Shown here in pieces: positions 38,226-48,370 of a stretch of 64,000 nucleotides of DNA (positions within the stretch are counted from its first letter, which is position 1; each line of letters opens with the position of its first letter). Below the pieces are notes generated by a model. It made no database searches. It was not told where the DNA came from and saw only the letters and a program-made list of their open reading frames with translations. A program made the position numbers and the translations under genes. Source of the DNA: Pseudomonadota bacterium (lineage in GTDB: Bacteria; Pseudomonadota; Alphaproteobacteria; Rickettsiales; UBA3002); the NCBI GenBank assembly GCA_040384265.1, contig JAZKJM010000003.1, positions 207,919 through 271,918 of the forward strand, read 5' to 3'.

Positions 38226-40304
38226 TTAGCGCTTTTTCTTCACCTTCGGTGCTTTGATTACCTGTTCGACGCGGCCGTAGAGGCCGTCGCCGATGGGTAG
38301 TTCCATGAGCAGGCTTTCTGCTTTTTTCAGCTGGTCGCGCAGGCGGCTGGCTTCTTCGAATTCGAGATCGGCGGCGGCTTTGAGCATTTGTTTGCGCAGC
38401 GTGGCGATGTGGGTGTCGAGCGAGCCTTCGGTGAAGCCGATGCCGGTATTGCTTTCGGTCGCGTGGGCGGCGGCCTGCGCATCGGCCGCTTCGTTTTTCA
38501 CATCCGAAAGCTTGGCGGTGGTGGAGGTTGGGGTGATGCCATGTTTTTTGTTGTGCGCCTGCTGAATGGCGCGGCGGCGCTCGGTTTCCTCGAGCGCACC
38601 TTTGAGGGAATCGGTCATTTTATCGGCATAGAGCAGCACGCGGGAATCAACATTGCGGGCGGCGCGGCCGATGGTTTGGATGAGCGAGGTTTTGCTGCGC
38701 AGGAAGCCTTCCTTGTCGGCATCGAGAATCGCCATCAGGCCGCATTCGGGGATGTCGAGCCCCTCGCGCAGCAGGTTGACGCCGATGAGCACATCGAACG
38801 TGCCCAGCCGCAAATCGCGCAGGATCTGGATGCGTTCGAGCGTGTCGATATCCGAATGGAGGTAACGTACTTTGATGCCCGCTTCGTCCATATATTCGGC
38901 GAGTTCTTCGGCCATGCGCTTGGTGAGGGTGGTGACCAGCACGCGCTGGCCTTTTTTGATGGTGACATGCGCTTCGGCCAGCAAATCATCGACCTGGGTG
39001 GCGACCGGGCGGATGATGCAGACGGGATCGACAAGGCCCGTCGGGCGGATGACCTGTTCGGCGAATTGGCCGTTGGTCCAGCTTAGCTCAAGTTCCGCAG
39101 GGGTGGCGGAAACGCAAATGGTTTGTGGGCGCAAACTGTCCCATTCCTCGAATTTCAGGGGGCGGTTATCGAGGCAGGCGGGCAGGCGGAAGCCGTGCTC
39201 CGAAAGCACCAGTTTGCGCGAGCGATCGCCATTATACATGCCGCGGATCTGGCTGAGGGTGACGTGGGATTCATCGACGAACAGGATGGCATCCTGCGGC
39301 ACATATTGGAAGAGGGTGGGTGGTGGCTCGCCGATGGCGCTGCCGTTAAGGTAGCGGGTGTAGTTCTCGATGCCGCGGCACATGCCGGTTTCGACCAGCA
39401 TTTCAAGGTCGAAGGCGGTGCGCTGGCCAATGCGCTGGGCTTCGAGCAGCTTGCCTTCTTTCTCGAACCATTTCACGCGGTCGACAAGGTCGGTTTTGAT
39501 CTGCTTGATTGCCTGATCGACGGTGGGGCGGGGGGTGACGTAATGGCTGTTGGCGAAGATGGTGACTTCCGCCAGCGCCTGCCCGCGCTCGCCGGTGAGG
39601 GGGTCGAATTCATGGATGGATTCGAGGTCGTCGCCGAAGAAGCTGAAACGCCAGGCGCGGTCTTCCAAGTGGGCAGGAAAGAGATCGACATTGTCGCCGC
39701 GCACGCGAAAGGTGCCGCGGGTGAAGGCCATGTCGTTGCGTTTGTAGAGCAGCTCGGTGAGCTCTTTCAGCAGCTTTTGCTGCACGACCTCGGTGCCGGC
39801 CTGCACGGTTTTGGTCATCGCCGTATAGGTGGCGACCGAGCCGATACCGTAGATGCAGCTGACGCTGGCGACGACGATCACGTCGCGCCGTTCGAGCAGG
39901 GCGCGGGTGGCGGAGTGGCGCATGCGATCGATCTGCTCGTTGATGGAAGAGTCCTTCTCGATGAAGGTATCGGTGCGGGCGATATAGGCTTCGGGCTGGA
40001 AATAATCGTAATAAGAGACGAAATATTCGACCGCGTTGTGCGGGAAGAAATGCTTCATCTCGGAATAGAGCTGGGCGGCCAGTGTTTTATTATGGGCGAG
40101 GATGATGGCTGGGCGCTGGGTTTTGGCGATCACCTGCGCCATGGTGAAGGTTTTGCCCGAGCCGGTGACGCCCAGCAGCACCTGGTTTTTCTGATCGGCA
40201 TTGAGCCCCTCGACCAGTTGGGCGATGGCGGTCGGCTGGTCGCCACCGGGGGTAAATTCCGAGACGAGCTGAAAAGGCGCGGATGCGAGGCGGCGGATGG
40301 ACAT
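38226..40304 (-). CDS. uvrB: excinuclease ABC subunit B
   Basis: ATG 40304 is preferred ([27 protein letters not shown]). [10 protein letters not shown] Walker A, helicase motifs, C-terminal UVR domain. Confidence 0.95.
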   Translation of the reverse strand: MSIRRLASAPFQLVSEFTPGGDQPTAIAQLVEGLNADQKNQVLLGVTGSGKTFTMAQVIAKTQRPAIILAHNKTLAAQLYSEMKHFFPHNAVEYFVSYYDYFQPEAYIARTDTFIEKDSSINEQIDRMRHSATRALLERRDVIVVASVSCIYGIGSVATYTAMTKTVQAGTEVVQQKLLKELTELLYKRNDMAFTRGTFRVRGDNVDLFPAHLEDRAWRFSFFGDDLESIHEFDPLTGERGQALAEVTIFANSHYVTPRPTVDQAIKQIKTDLVDRVKWFEKEGKLLEAQRIGQRTAFDLEMLVETGMCRGIENYTRYLNGSAIGEPPPTLFQYVPQDAILFVDESHVTLSQIRGMYNGDRSRKLVLSEHGFRLPACLDNRPLKFEEWDSLRPQTICVSATPAELELSWTNGQFAEQVIRPTGLVDPVCIIRPVATQVDDLLAEAHVTIKKGQRVLVTTLTKRMAEELAEYMDEAGIKVRYLHSDIDTLERIQILRDLRLGTFDVLIGVNLLREGLDIPECGLMAILDADKEGFLRSKTSLIQTIGRAARNVDSRVLLYADKMTDSLKGALEETERRRAIQQAHNKKHGITPTSTTAKLSDVKNEAADAQAAAHATESNTGIGFTEGSLDTHIATLRKQMLKAAADLEFEEASRLRDQLKKAESLLMELPIGDGLYGRVEQVIKAPKVKKKR

Positions 40305-40355
40305 GCGTGCAATATAGGGCAAGCCTGCGTGAAACGCTAGGGGTGCAGGCGGCCG

Positions 40356-41315
40356 TTAGCGCGGAGCGGCGCCGCTGGAGATTTCGTCACTGCTGTGGCT
40401 GACGCCGACCATTGCCGGGCCAAGCACGATGATGAACAACGCAGGCATCAGGAAGCAGATCAGCGGGACGGTCATCATCACCGGTAGGCGGGCGGCTTTG
40501 ACCTCGGCATCGGTCAGTCGTTGCACGCGGAATTCCTCAGAAAGGACGCGCAGCGTATCGGTCAGCGAGGTGCCGAAACGCTCGGACTGGATGAGGGCTG
40601 ACACCAGCGAGCGGAAGGCAACCATGTCGGTGCGTTCGCCAAGGTTCATCAGCGCGCGCACGCGGTCGTTGATGAGGGCAAGCTCAAGGCGGGTGCGGTT
40701 CAGTTCGGCGGTCATTTCGGGATGGGCGCGGCCCAGCTCGTTGCAGACGCGGTTCAGCGAGGCATCCAGCGCCAGACCGGCTTCGACGCAGATCAGCAGC
40801 AGGTCGAGCGTATCGGGGAAGGCGCGCTGGAGGATTTTTTTGCGCCGGTCGATCATGTTTTGCAGGTAGAGATAGGGGCCAAAGAAGCCAATGATGAGGA
40901 TGAAAAAGCCAATGACGCCAAACAGCAGCTCATTATCGCCGTTGGCACCCAGGAAGCAGGCAAGGGCAAGAACGAAGCAGACCAGCGAGCCGATGCGCTT
41001 GAAGAAGAGGTAATAGATCGGCCCATTGGGCGAGGCGGAGCCGGCCTGGGCAAAGCGTCGCTCAAGCTTGCGGATCGAGTCATCCACCCCGGTGGTGAGG
41101 CTGCGCAGCACCGATAGCAGGTTGGCAGCGAAAGGGGATGGGTCGCCGGTCAGGTTGATGGAGGCTTCCTGCTGCTCATCGCTCAGGCTGCTGCCATCGG
41201 GCGCGAGGCGGGCGCGGATGGAATCGCGGCGCTTTTTATCGGCGATGGCTTTGTCGAACAGCAGGTATCCGCAGAAAACGACCACGCCCGCAAGGAATGC
41301 GAAGATTAAATTCAT
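40356..41315 (-). CDS. tadC: Flp pilus assembly protein TadC (T2SS F-domain)
   Basis: 319-aa polytopic protein with a GspF-like domain; last gene of the cpa/tad operon; 1-nt overlap with tadB. Confidence 0.8.
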   Translation of the reverse strand: MNLIFAFLAGVVVFCGYLLFDKAIADKKRRDSIRARLAPDGSSLSDEQQEASINLTGDPSPFAANLLSVLRSLTTGVDDSIRKLERRFAQAGSASPNGPIYYLFFKRIGSLVCFVLALACFLGANGDNELLFGVIGFFILIIGFFGPYLYLQNMIDRRKKILQRAFPDTLDLLLICVEAGLALDASLNRVCNELGRAHPEMTAELNRTRLELALINDRVRALMNLGERTDMVAFRSLVSALIQSERFGTSLTDTLRVLSEEFRVQRLTDAEVKAARLPVMMTVPLICFLMPALFIIVLGPAMVGVSHSSDEISSGAAPR

Positions 41316-42280
41316 TAAATGTCCACGTTGATCATTTGTTTGACGAGGAAATAGCAGGCGACGAGCAAGCCGATAGCCCCGGCCAGCAACCGCATGCCAA
41401 GCGGATCGTTGAAGAACGGATCGAGGTAATCCGGCTGGACGGCGTACAGGGCGAGAAACACGATGACCGGCAAGGCGCCGAGCACATAGCCGGTGGCTTT
41501 GCCTTCGGCGGTCATGGCGCGGATTTTATGGCGGATCTGCTTGCGCTTACGGATGATGCTCGACAGGTTGCCGACGATTTCTGCAAGGTTGCCGCCGGTT
41601 TCCTGCTGCACTGTGAGTACCACCACAAAGAAGCGGATATCGGGCTCGTTGATGCGGGTGGCAAGGCGCGCGAGGGCCTGGTTAAGGCTGCGGCCAAGGG
41701 CAATTTCATCCGTCACCTGCCGGAATTCGGCGCGCACGGGCTCTTCCGCATTCTCGGCAAGCATTTGCAGGGCCACGGACAGGGGGAAGCCGGAGCGCAC
41801 CGAACGCACGATCATATCAAGTGCATCAGGGAACTGGTCGATGAATTTATGGTTGCGCTTGATGACACGCTTTTTGCAATGGCGCAGCGGCACGTAATAG
41901 GCGAGTACGAGCGCGGCGAGAAGGCTGATGGCACCCAGCCCGACATACAGCATGCCGCCCAGGGTGAGGGCAAATGTCATCAGCATGATGATGGCAAGCT
42001 TTTGCAGGTTGCTGCCATAACCCGCTTGCAGCCCTGCTTCGTAGAGCGGGCGCATGATGCTCAGGCCAAACATGGTGCGCACGAGCTTCGTGGTGTCGTT
42101 CAACTGGTCGCGCAGCACTTCGGCATGCACCATTTCGGCGGCTTTATTTTCTTCCGCCATGCGATCAAGCGCACTGCGCAGGTAGTCGTCCGAATCTTTC
42201 GGTACCACTTTGGGTACGGCGATGACGAAGATGACATACGCAGCGACGCCGATGGCAAGGGCTATAATCAATGGGCTCAT
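41315..42280 (-). CDS. tadB: Flp pilus assembly protein TadB (T2SS F-domain)
   Basis: 321-aa polytopic GspF-like protein directly downstream of cpaF. Confidence 0.8.
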   Translation of the reverse strand: MSPLIIALAIGVAAYVIFVIAVPKVVPKDSDDYLRSALDRMAEENKAAEMVHAEVLRDQLNDTTKLVRTMFGLSIMRPLYEAGLQAGYGSNLQKLAIIMLMTFALTLGGMLYVGLGAISLLAALVLAYYVPLRHCKKRVIKRNHKFIDQFPDALDMIVRSVRSGFPLSVALQMLAENAEEPVRAEFRQVTDEIALGRSLNQALARLATRINEPDIRFFVVVLTVQQETGGNLAEIVGNLSSIIRKRKQIRHKIRAMTAEGKATGYVLGALPVIVFLALYAVQPDYLDPFFNDPLGMRLLAGAIGLLVACYFLVKQMINVDI

Positions 42281-42284
42281 GCTG

Positions 42285-43754
42285 CTAATTTACGTTGGTT
42301 GGGTTGAAACATGCAAGCATCTCCTCGCTTCGCCCGAAATATTCGGCGCGGGTAAGCAATGTAGGCCGGACGGGGTGTGCTATAAACTCACCAATGAGCT
42401 TGCCATCGCTGCCCATTCCTTGAAAATGGTAGGAGAAAAGCGTTTGGGTGGCGATTTCGCCGCCGTCGAAGGCGAGGACTTCCTCGATATGGGTGACGCG
42501 GCGGCTACCATCGCGCATCCGCTGGATCTGGACGACCAGATTGACGGCGCTGGCGATCTGGTAGCGCACGGAATTGGCTTGCACCTGCACCGCCGACATG
42601 GCGACGAGGTTTTCGATGCGGCGCAGGCTATCTTTGGGGCTGTTGGCGTGGATGGTGGCCATCGAGCCGTCATGGCCGGTGTTCATGGCCGACAGCACGT
42701 CGATCACTTCGTCGCCGCGCATTTCGCCCAGGATAATCCGGTCCGGCCGCATCCGCAGGGCGTTGCGCACCAGCATGCGTTGGTTGATTTCACCGCGGCC
42801 TTCGGTCGAGGCGGGGCGGGTTTCGAGGCGCAGCACGTGGGGTTGGTGGAGCAGCAATTCTGCCGCATCCTCGATGGTGATGACGCGCTCGGTGGGGTCG
42901 ATATGGCCAGATAGTGCGTTGAGCAGGGTGGTTTTACCCGACCCGGTGCCGCCGGAAATGATGATGTTGAGGCGAATGGCGCTGGCGATGGCAAGGAATT
43001 GCGCCATGGCCGGGCTCATCGAGCCGTACGCGATATAATCGCTCAGGGGCAGCTTGTTTTTCTTGAATTTACGGATCGAGACCAGCGCACCATCCAGCGC
43101 GAGGGGGGGGATGATGGCGTTGAAGCGCGAGCCATCGGGCATACGGGCATCGACCATGGGGTTGGCTTCGTCGATCCGGCGGCCGACGCGGCTGACGATA
43201 CGCTGGATGACGCCGACCAAATGCTGTTCGTTGGCAAAAACGATGTCGGTGACGTAGATTTTGCCCTTATTCTCGATATAGACCTTTTTGGCGGTGTTAA
43301 TCATGATGTCGTTGACATCGGGATCGCGCAGCAGCGGCTCGATGGGGCCGAAACCAAGGATCTCATCCAGCGCCTGGGATTTGAGAAGGTTAAGCTGCGC
43401 CGCAGTGAGCGGGATAGGCAGTTTCGGGGTGAGTTTGTCGCAGGCTTCCTGCACCCGGGTGCGTTTGCGCTCGGTGCTGTGCTGCTCCAGCGCCTGGAAA
43501 TCGACCTGGTCGAGCAGCTCGCCGATCATCCATTGCTTGGCTTCGCTGTAATCCTCGGTTTCGAGGTTGATATCGCGGTAACGGGCCAGCGGGGCGGCCA
43601 AATGGGGGGCTTTTTCGCCGGTGGTGGCGATGCTGCTGGTGAGCGAGCCGGCCCGCACCGATGCTGCCGGAGGCAGGCCACCAGGGTTAGCGAGCGGCGA
43701 GGGCGCGAGGGGCTCAGTCGATGCGGTTGGTTCTGCCCCTTTTTTGCCAAACAT
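42285..43754 (-). CDS. cpaF: CpaF/TadA family secretion ATPase
   Basis: Walker A GGTGSGKTTLLNAL, Asp box, Walker B and His box (TGHDGSMATIHAN). Confidence 0.92.
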   Translation of the reverse strand: MFGKKGAEPTASTEPLAPSPLANPGGLPPAASVRAGSLTSSIATTGEKAPHLAAPLARYRDINLETEDYSEAKQWMIGELLDQVDFQALEQHSTERKRTRVQEACDKLTPKLPIPLTAAQLNLLKSQALDEILGFGPIEPLLRDPDVNDIMINTAKKVYIENKGKIYVTDIVFANEQHLVGVIQRIVSRVGRRIDEANPMVDARMPDGSRFNAIIPPLALDGALVSIRKFKKNKLPLSDYIAYGSMSPAMAQFLAIASAIRLNIIISGGTGSGKTTLLNALSGHIDPTERVITIEDAAELLLHQPHVLRLETRPASTEGRGEINQRMLVRNALRMRPDRIILGEMRGDEVIDVLSAMNTGHDGSMATIHANSPKDSLRRIENLVAMSAVQVQANSVRYQIASAVNLVVQIQRMRDGSRRVTHIEEVLAFDGGEIATQTLFSYHFQGMGSDGKLIGEFIAHPVRPTLLTRAEYFGRSEEMLACFNPTNVN

Positions 43755-43759
43755 ACGGG

Positions 43760-44956
43760 TTAACCTTTGCTGCGCGAGAACAGGCCACCGCGTTTCATGG
43801 AGGTGCCCGTCTCAAGCGGGATGCCGGCAAGACCACGGGCGAGATGCTCAATATTGGCGGAAATCTCGCTCGGTTGCTGTTCCATGATGGTGTTGGCGGA
43901 CGCTTCGGCGGTGACGATGGTTTTGATGTCGTTCGCCAGGGTGTAGCGGATAGGAATGCCGCAGACGCGCTCGAAATCCTTGCCATCGATGGCTTCCTTG
44001 AACTTGGCGCCGCTGCGGTTGATGACCGGGACAATGCGTTCAAGGGGAATTTTCAGCTCGCGGAAGGAGCGCACGAGCCGTGCGGCGTGGCTAACGGATT
44101 TGAGCCATAATTGGGCGATCAGCACGAGGTGGGTGGCCTGCGTGGTGGCGGCGGCAACCCATGGCAGCCACACATGCGGCAGATCGATGATGACGTTGTC
44201 ATAGTTGAGTTTGAGGGTCGCGATCAGGTCGATGATGGCATCGGCGCTGACGGGCGGCAGGTAGCAGAGTTCCGCCGGGGCGGTGATGACGTGCAGCTTG
44301 CCGTAGCTGGCAACCATGCGTTTGATCAGGGTGGCATCGATGCCGCGTTCGGGGAAATCGAACAGGTCGCGGATGCCATACTGGTTTTCGAGGGCGAGGT
44401 GCTTGGCGACCATGCCGAACTGGTAATCCATATCGACCAGCACGGTGTTGCCATTGCAGAGCTGGCTGAGCGCATAGGCAGTGTTGAGGGCAGCGGTCGA
44501 GGCGCCGTCGCCGGAAGCGGCGCTCATGAAGACCATCACGCGCTTTTCGCCGGTGCCGGTGGTGGCGGCGGGGGCAGCGGCCGGGGCTGCGGAGGCGGCA
44601 ACAAGCGGGCGCAGCACGTCGGCAGGGCTGGCGGGCATGGGGATGTAGTCGATCACGCCGCGGGCGATGAGGTCGCGGTAGAGATGGATGTCGTTGGTAT
44701 CGCCGATGGCGATGACGCGGGTGCCGGGCTCGCATTGCTGGGCAAGCTGGTCGAGATCGGCCAGCACATCCTGGCCGCGAGTGCCGATATCGAGCACGAC
44801 GTGCGACGGGCTGATGCGGTTTTCCTGCAGGTAGCGTGAAGCTTCCGCAGGGCTGGTGGTCAGGATGAGGGGATTCGCGCTGGCGGCTTGCTCGGCAAGC
44901 GCGTGGGCCCAGGGTTCACGGCTTTCGTGCGAGAGAATAATCAGTAAGGAACGCAT
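43760..44956 (-). CDS. cpaE: CpaE/TadZ pilus localisation protein (atypical receiver + MinD/ParA-like domain)
   Basis: N-terminal receiver-like domain plus a ParA/MinD-like domain (..VLVDMDYQFG..IIDLPHVW..). The P-loop region reads FMSAASGDGAST. Confidence 0.8.
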   Translation of the reverse strand: MRSLLIILSHESREPWAHALAEQAASANPLILTTSPAEASRYLQENRISPSHVVLDIGTRGQDVLADLDQLAQQCEPGTRVIAIGDTNDIHLYRDLIARGVIDYIPMPASPADVLRPLVAASAAPAAAPAATTGTGEKRVMVFMSAASGDGASTAALNTAYALSQLCNGNTVLVDMDYQFGMVAKHLALENQYGIRDLFDFPERGIDATLIKRMVASYGKLHVITAPAELCYLPPVSADAIIDLIATLKLNYDNVIIDLPHVWLPWVAAATTQATHLVLIAQLWLKSVSHAARLVRSFRELKIPLERIVPVINRSGAKFKEAIDGKDFERVCGIPIRYTLANDIKTIVTAEASANTIMEQQPSEISANIEHLARGLAGIPLETGTSMKRGGLFSRSKG

Positions 44957-45091
44957 TTGTTTTCATCCTGTTCACTGGATCCCTTCAGCCCGCCTGAGGT
45001 GAGGGATTTGGGGGTGTATCAAAAGAAAAAACTGTACTCGCACCGGGAACCCTGCATTGGTTGGCAGGCACTCACCGCCGCAAAACCGTTG

Positions 45092-45694
45092 CTACTGGTT
45101 GCCCGCCTTCGCCGTCTGCGCCTCGTTCACCGAGTAAGGAGCGACGATCTCGCGCGGCGTGTTCGCGTTACGGATATCGCCTACGCTACGGACGGCGCTT
45201 GGATCATCCGACAGGTTGGGGCTGATGAATTCTTGCTTGTTGGTCACGTGCTGCACCATGTTGGCCGAGATCGAGCAGCCGAACGCCGGGTGCGGCGCGT
45301 TGTAATCATCGGTGACGTTATCGACAAAGCGCTGGTTGCAGTCACGAGCGAGGATGCGTTCGTAAATCAGGGTGACAGAACTCTCGCCGGAAGCGGCGAG
45401 ATCAAATGGCACGCCGTGCAGTTGCAGCAGCTTTTGTGCTTCGTTGCAGCGTTTCTCGCCGGGGCTGCAACGCAGCTCTGCGCGGGTTGGCTGGTCTTTG
45501 CTGATCCAGCTGGAGAGATCCTGAAGCTCGCTGGCGGTGCCGGTGCCCAGGTTCACCACTTCGGATGAAACATCGAGCAGCGATTCAGGGCCGCCACGGT
45601 TGAGGTATGCCGAATCGCGAGGTTTCTGGCTGCAGGCCGAGAGGGCGAGGCTGGTCACGACGAGGAGGCAGGCGAGGGTGGAAATGGAACGCAT
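45092..45694 (-). CDS. cpaD: CpaD pilus assembly lipoprotein
   Basis: Lipoprotein signal LVVTSLALSAC. The CpaD-like FGCSISANMVQHVTNKQEFISP motif. Confidence 0.75.
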   Translation of the reverse strand: MRSISTLACLLVVTSLALSACSQKPRDSAYLNRGGPESLLDVSSEVVNLGTGTASELQDLSSWISKDQPTRAELRCSPGEKRCNEAQKLLQLHGVPFDLAASGESSVTLIYERILARDCNQRFVDNVTDDYNAPHPAFGCSISANMVQHVTNKQEFISPNLSDDPSAVRSVGDIRNANTPREIVAPYSVNEAQTAKAGNQ

Positions 45695-45702
45695 GGTGAC
45701 TC

Positions 45703-47193
45703 CTAGTTATCTGTCATGAAGCCGGTCGGGCCTTCGAGGCTGGTATCTTTGCGGGCTTTGTTGCCGCTGAGGGCCCCGAAGAAGATGCTATCCATGAAGG
45801 TGGCGGGCTTGAAATCGTCCGTTGGTAGCTTGATGTCGGAGCCTTTGATCGGATCGACCAAATACGGGGTGACGGAGATGACCAGCTCGGTTTCGTTGCG
45901 GTTATAAGCGGTCGAGCGGAACAGTGCACCAAGCACAGGGATATTGCCTGCGCCGGGCAGCTGGTCGATTGAGGTATTGATGTCATCACGCATCAGCCCG
46001 GCGATCATGAAACTTTCGCCCGGGGCAAGCTCGACCGTGGTCGAGGCGCGGCGGGTGATGAGTGACGGTGCCGTAAAGCCATCGGAGGTGCGGATGGAAT
46101 TGTCGTTGCTGAGTTGGGATACTTCCGGGTTCACCTGAATACGGATGCGGTTCGGGCTCAGCACGTAGGGCGTGAATTTAAGCGCCACACCAAAGGGTTT
46201 ATATTCGATGGTGGTGGTGCCTTGTTGCTGAGGAACCGGAATCGGGAATTCACCCCCGGCGAGGAACTGCGCCTCTTCACCCGACAGGGCGGTAAGGTTT
46301 GGCTCGGCGAGAATCTTGATCAGCCCATCGCGCTCCAGCGCTTCGATGGCGGCACCAATGCCGGTGTTGCCTGGCGTGTAGATGGAACCGGTGAGGAAAG
46401 CGCTGGTGGAACTCGATCCCTGAATCGTTTTGTACTGGAAGGAGCTGGCGCCAGTGGTGGCGTCGGTGACAAGGCGGCCAACGCCGGTGCCAAGCAACAG
46501 CGGGAGGCTGTCGCTGCTGCCGAAGGCCTGCAAGCTGACGCCAAGGTTTTTCACTGCCGTACGCTGTGCTTCACCGATCCGGATACGCAGCATCACCTGC
46601 TGGCCGGAGCTGATTTTCATCAGGTTGATAATCGGCGACAGGTTCGCTTTATCATCGTGTGCAACACGGGATTCGACCTGCGTGTCGGACAGTTTGCCGC
46701 GAATAAATTCTTCCGCGATCTGGACGGCGGTGGCGGCAGCGCTGGCGCTGGACACGTCGCCGGTGAGGGCCATGCGGGTGTTGACCATGCTGACGCCGAT
46801 GGATTCATTCGGCAGGAATTGCTTGAGCGCGCGGCGCACAGCGGGAAGATCGTAGGTCACGAAGACATCGACGTTGCGCAGGGCTTTATGGTTCGCATCG
46901 AAAATACGTAAGGTGGTTTGGCCGACGGAAAGACCGATGACCGAGACCTTGCGCTTACCATGGACGAGCACGTTGGCTACATCCGGATCAGTGACAACCA
47001 CTTCGGACATGTCCGAGGAGGTGGTGATCAGCTCCGAACGGTTGAGCGGAACATAGAAGATGGCACCCCCTTGTGGCGCGCTACGAGTGGCTTTCGCCTC
47101 GGCGCGTGGGGCAAGCATCATGCCTGCAGCACAAAGGCACAGGGCGGTGATCGCCATACGGTGGGTGAGGGAGGTGAGGAATGGATTCTTCAT
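45703..47193 (-). CDS. cpaC: CpaC/RcpA secretin
   Basis: Signal peptide; BON-like N-terminal region; C-terminal secretin domain (ILAEPNLTALSGEEAQFLAGGEFP.., VPVLGALFRS). Confidence 0.9.
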   Translation of the reverse strand: MKNPFLTSLTHRMAITALCLCAAGMMLAPRAEAKATRSAPQGGAIFYVPLNRSELITTSSDMSEVVVTDPDVANVLVHGKRKVSVIGLSVGQTTLRIFDANHKALRNVDVFVTYDLPAVRRALKQFLPNESIGVSMVNTRMALTGDVSSASAAATAVQIAEEFIRGKLSDTQVESRVAHDDKANLSPIINLMKISSGQQVMLRIRIGEAQRTAVKNLGVSLQAFGSSDSLPLLLGTGVGRLVTDATTGASSFQYKTIQGSSSTSAFLTGSIYTPGNTGIGAAIEALERDGLIKILAEPNLTALSGEEAQFLAGGEFPIPVPQQQGTTTIEYKPFGVALKFTPYVLSPNRIRIQVNPEVSQLSNDNSIRTSDGFTAPSLITRRASTTVELAPGESFMIAGLMRDDINTSIDQLPGAGNIPVLGALFRSTAYNRNETELVISVTPYLVDPIKGSDIKLPTDDFKPATFMDSIFFGALSGNKARKDTSLEGPTGFMTDN

Positions 47194-48158
47194 GGTACTG
47201 GCACCAGAGCGGGGTTAACGGGGTTAGGCTTGATCGGCTGATAGCCGGTTGCGGCACCGCGAGCAGAGGATGAGGAGGAATTCTCTTCACGCTCTTGTTT
47301 CGGTGCGCCGCGCAGAATTTTCACGGTTTCAACCGGAGCATCCGAACCTTCGGCGGGCTTGGTCTGGGTTACATCCGCTTCCGTAGTGGCGAGCAGAGGG
47401 TCTGCGGATTCACGGTCGGCAAGGGCGCGAAGGACGATGCTGACAGTGCCGGTTTTTAGCGAGAGACGGACGCGTTGCGCATCGATCTGCGAGACCATGA
47501 GCGAGGCCGAGCGCGGGATGATGAGGTTGCCCTTTTCATCCGTCGCATTGGTACCGGTGGCGCGCTGGTCGATGGCGAGCACCTTGACGTTGGTCATCAG
47601 GGTTTCGCTGACGGTGGTTTTGACTTTTTGCGGGGCTTGCGGGCCGTTAGCATCAACATTGCCGCTTGACGGGACGCTTTCCCACTTGTCGATGTCATGG
47701 GTATAGATCACATCCACATGGTCACCGGGGAAGACGAAGCCGGCGATACCATCCACCTCATCGATCGGAATGGTGACAACGCGCATACCTTTTGGCAAGT
47801 CGCCAGCGAGGAAGTTCGGGTCATTCGGGTTGGCAAGTTTGGGCGCGATCAGTGGCTCTTGCTGCTGGAAGGGCCCGCGGGCGACCATGCCAACCACTGC
47901 GCCGACGCCATCCTCTGCCTTGATGAAGCCGGGAAGGGAGAGATGCTCGGGCCATGGTTGGGTGGCAACCATTTCCTGGGTGATGGTGGTGCCAACGGCG
48001 ATAGGCGTGGCAGCCACAAAGACGTTGATGGTTTTCAGTTCGGGCTGCCCAGTGACGGGTTGAGCCGGCGCAGAATCACCGCTACCCGACATACGCAACA
48101 CTACAATTGCAGCGATTGCGGCAAAACAGATCGCTGCTATCAATCCCCCAAAGCGCAT
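47190..48158 (-). CDS. cpaB: CpaB/RcpC Flp pilus assembly protein
   Basis: N-terminal TM anchor; SAF-like and RcpC-like regions; ATGA overlap with cpaC. Confidence 0.85.
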   Translation of the reverse strand: MRFGGLIAAICFAAIAAIVVLRMSGSGDSAPAQPVTGQPELKTINVFVAATPIAVGTTITQEMVATQPWPEHLSLPGFIKAEDGVGAVVGMVARGPFQQQEPLIAPKLANPNDPNFLAGDLPKGMRVVTIPIDEVDGIAGFVFPGDHVDVIYTHDIDKWESVPSSGNVDANGPQAPQKVKTTVSETLMTNVKVLAIDQRATGTNATDEKGNLIIPRSASLMVSQIDAQRVRLSLKTGTVSIVLRALADRESADPLLATTEADVTQTKPAEGSDAPVETVKILRGAPKQEREENSSSSSARGAATGYQPIKPNPVNPALVPVP

Positions 48159-48370
48159 GAATTATAACCTTTTTTTATACAGCCAGCGAGCAAGCCCACT
48201 GCGGTGAACACACAATCCCCTGTAATTACCCACAGCGCGCACCCAGCGTCAAGAAATATCATGCATTGCACCACGATGAATTTCCCTGAGCGGAAAAACG
48301 TTGCGGCGATGACACTGGACGCTATGGTGCGCACCAGAATCACCCCTTTTCCCATGATTGAGGCCCTCCA

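Noticed and set aside
48140-48355. The 71-aa ORF upstream of cpaB as the Flp pilin.
   Set aside because: It lacks the Flp signature (a short leader ending in G followed by xTAIEYGLI-type hydrophobic helix). It remains only as a low-confidence ORF mentioned under findings.
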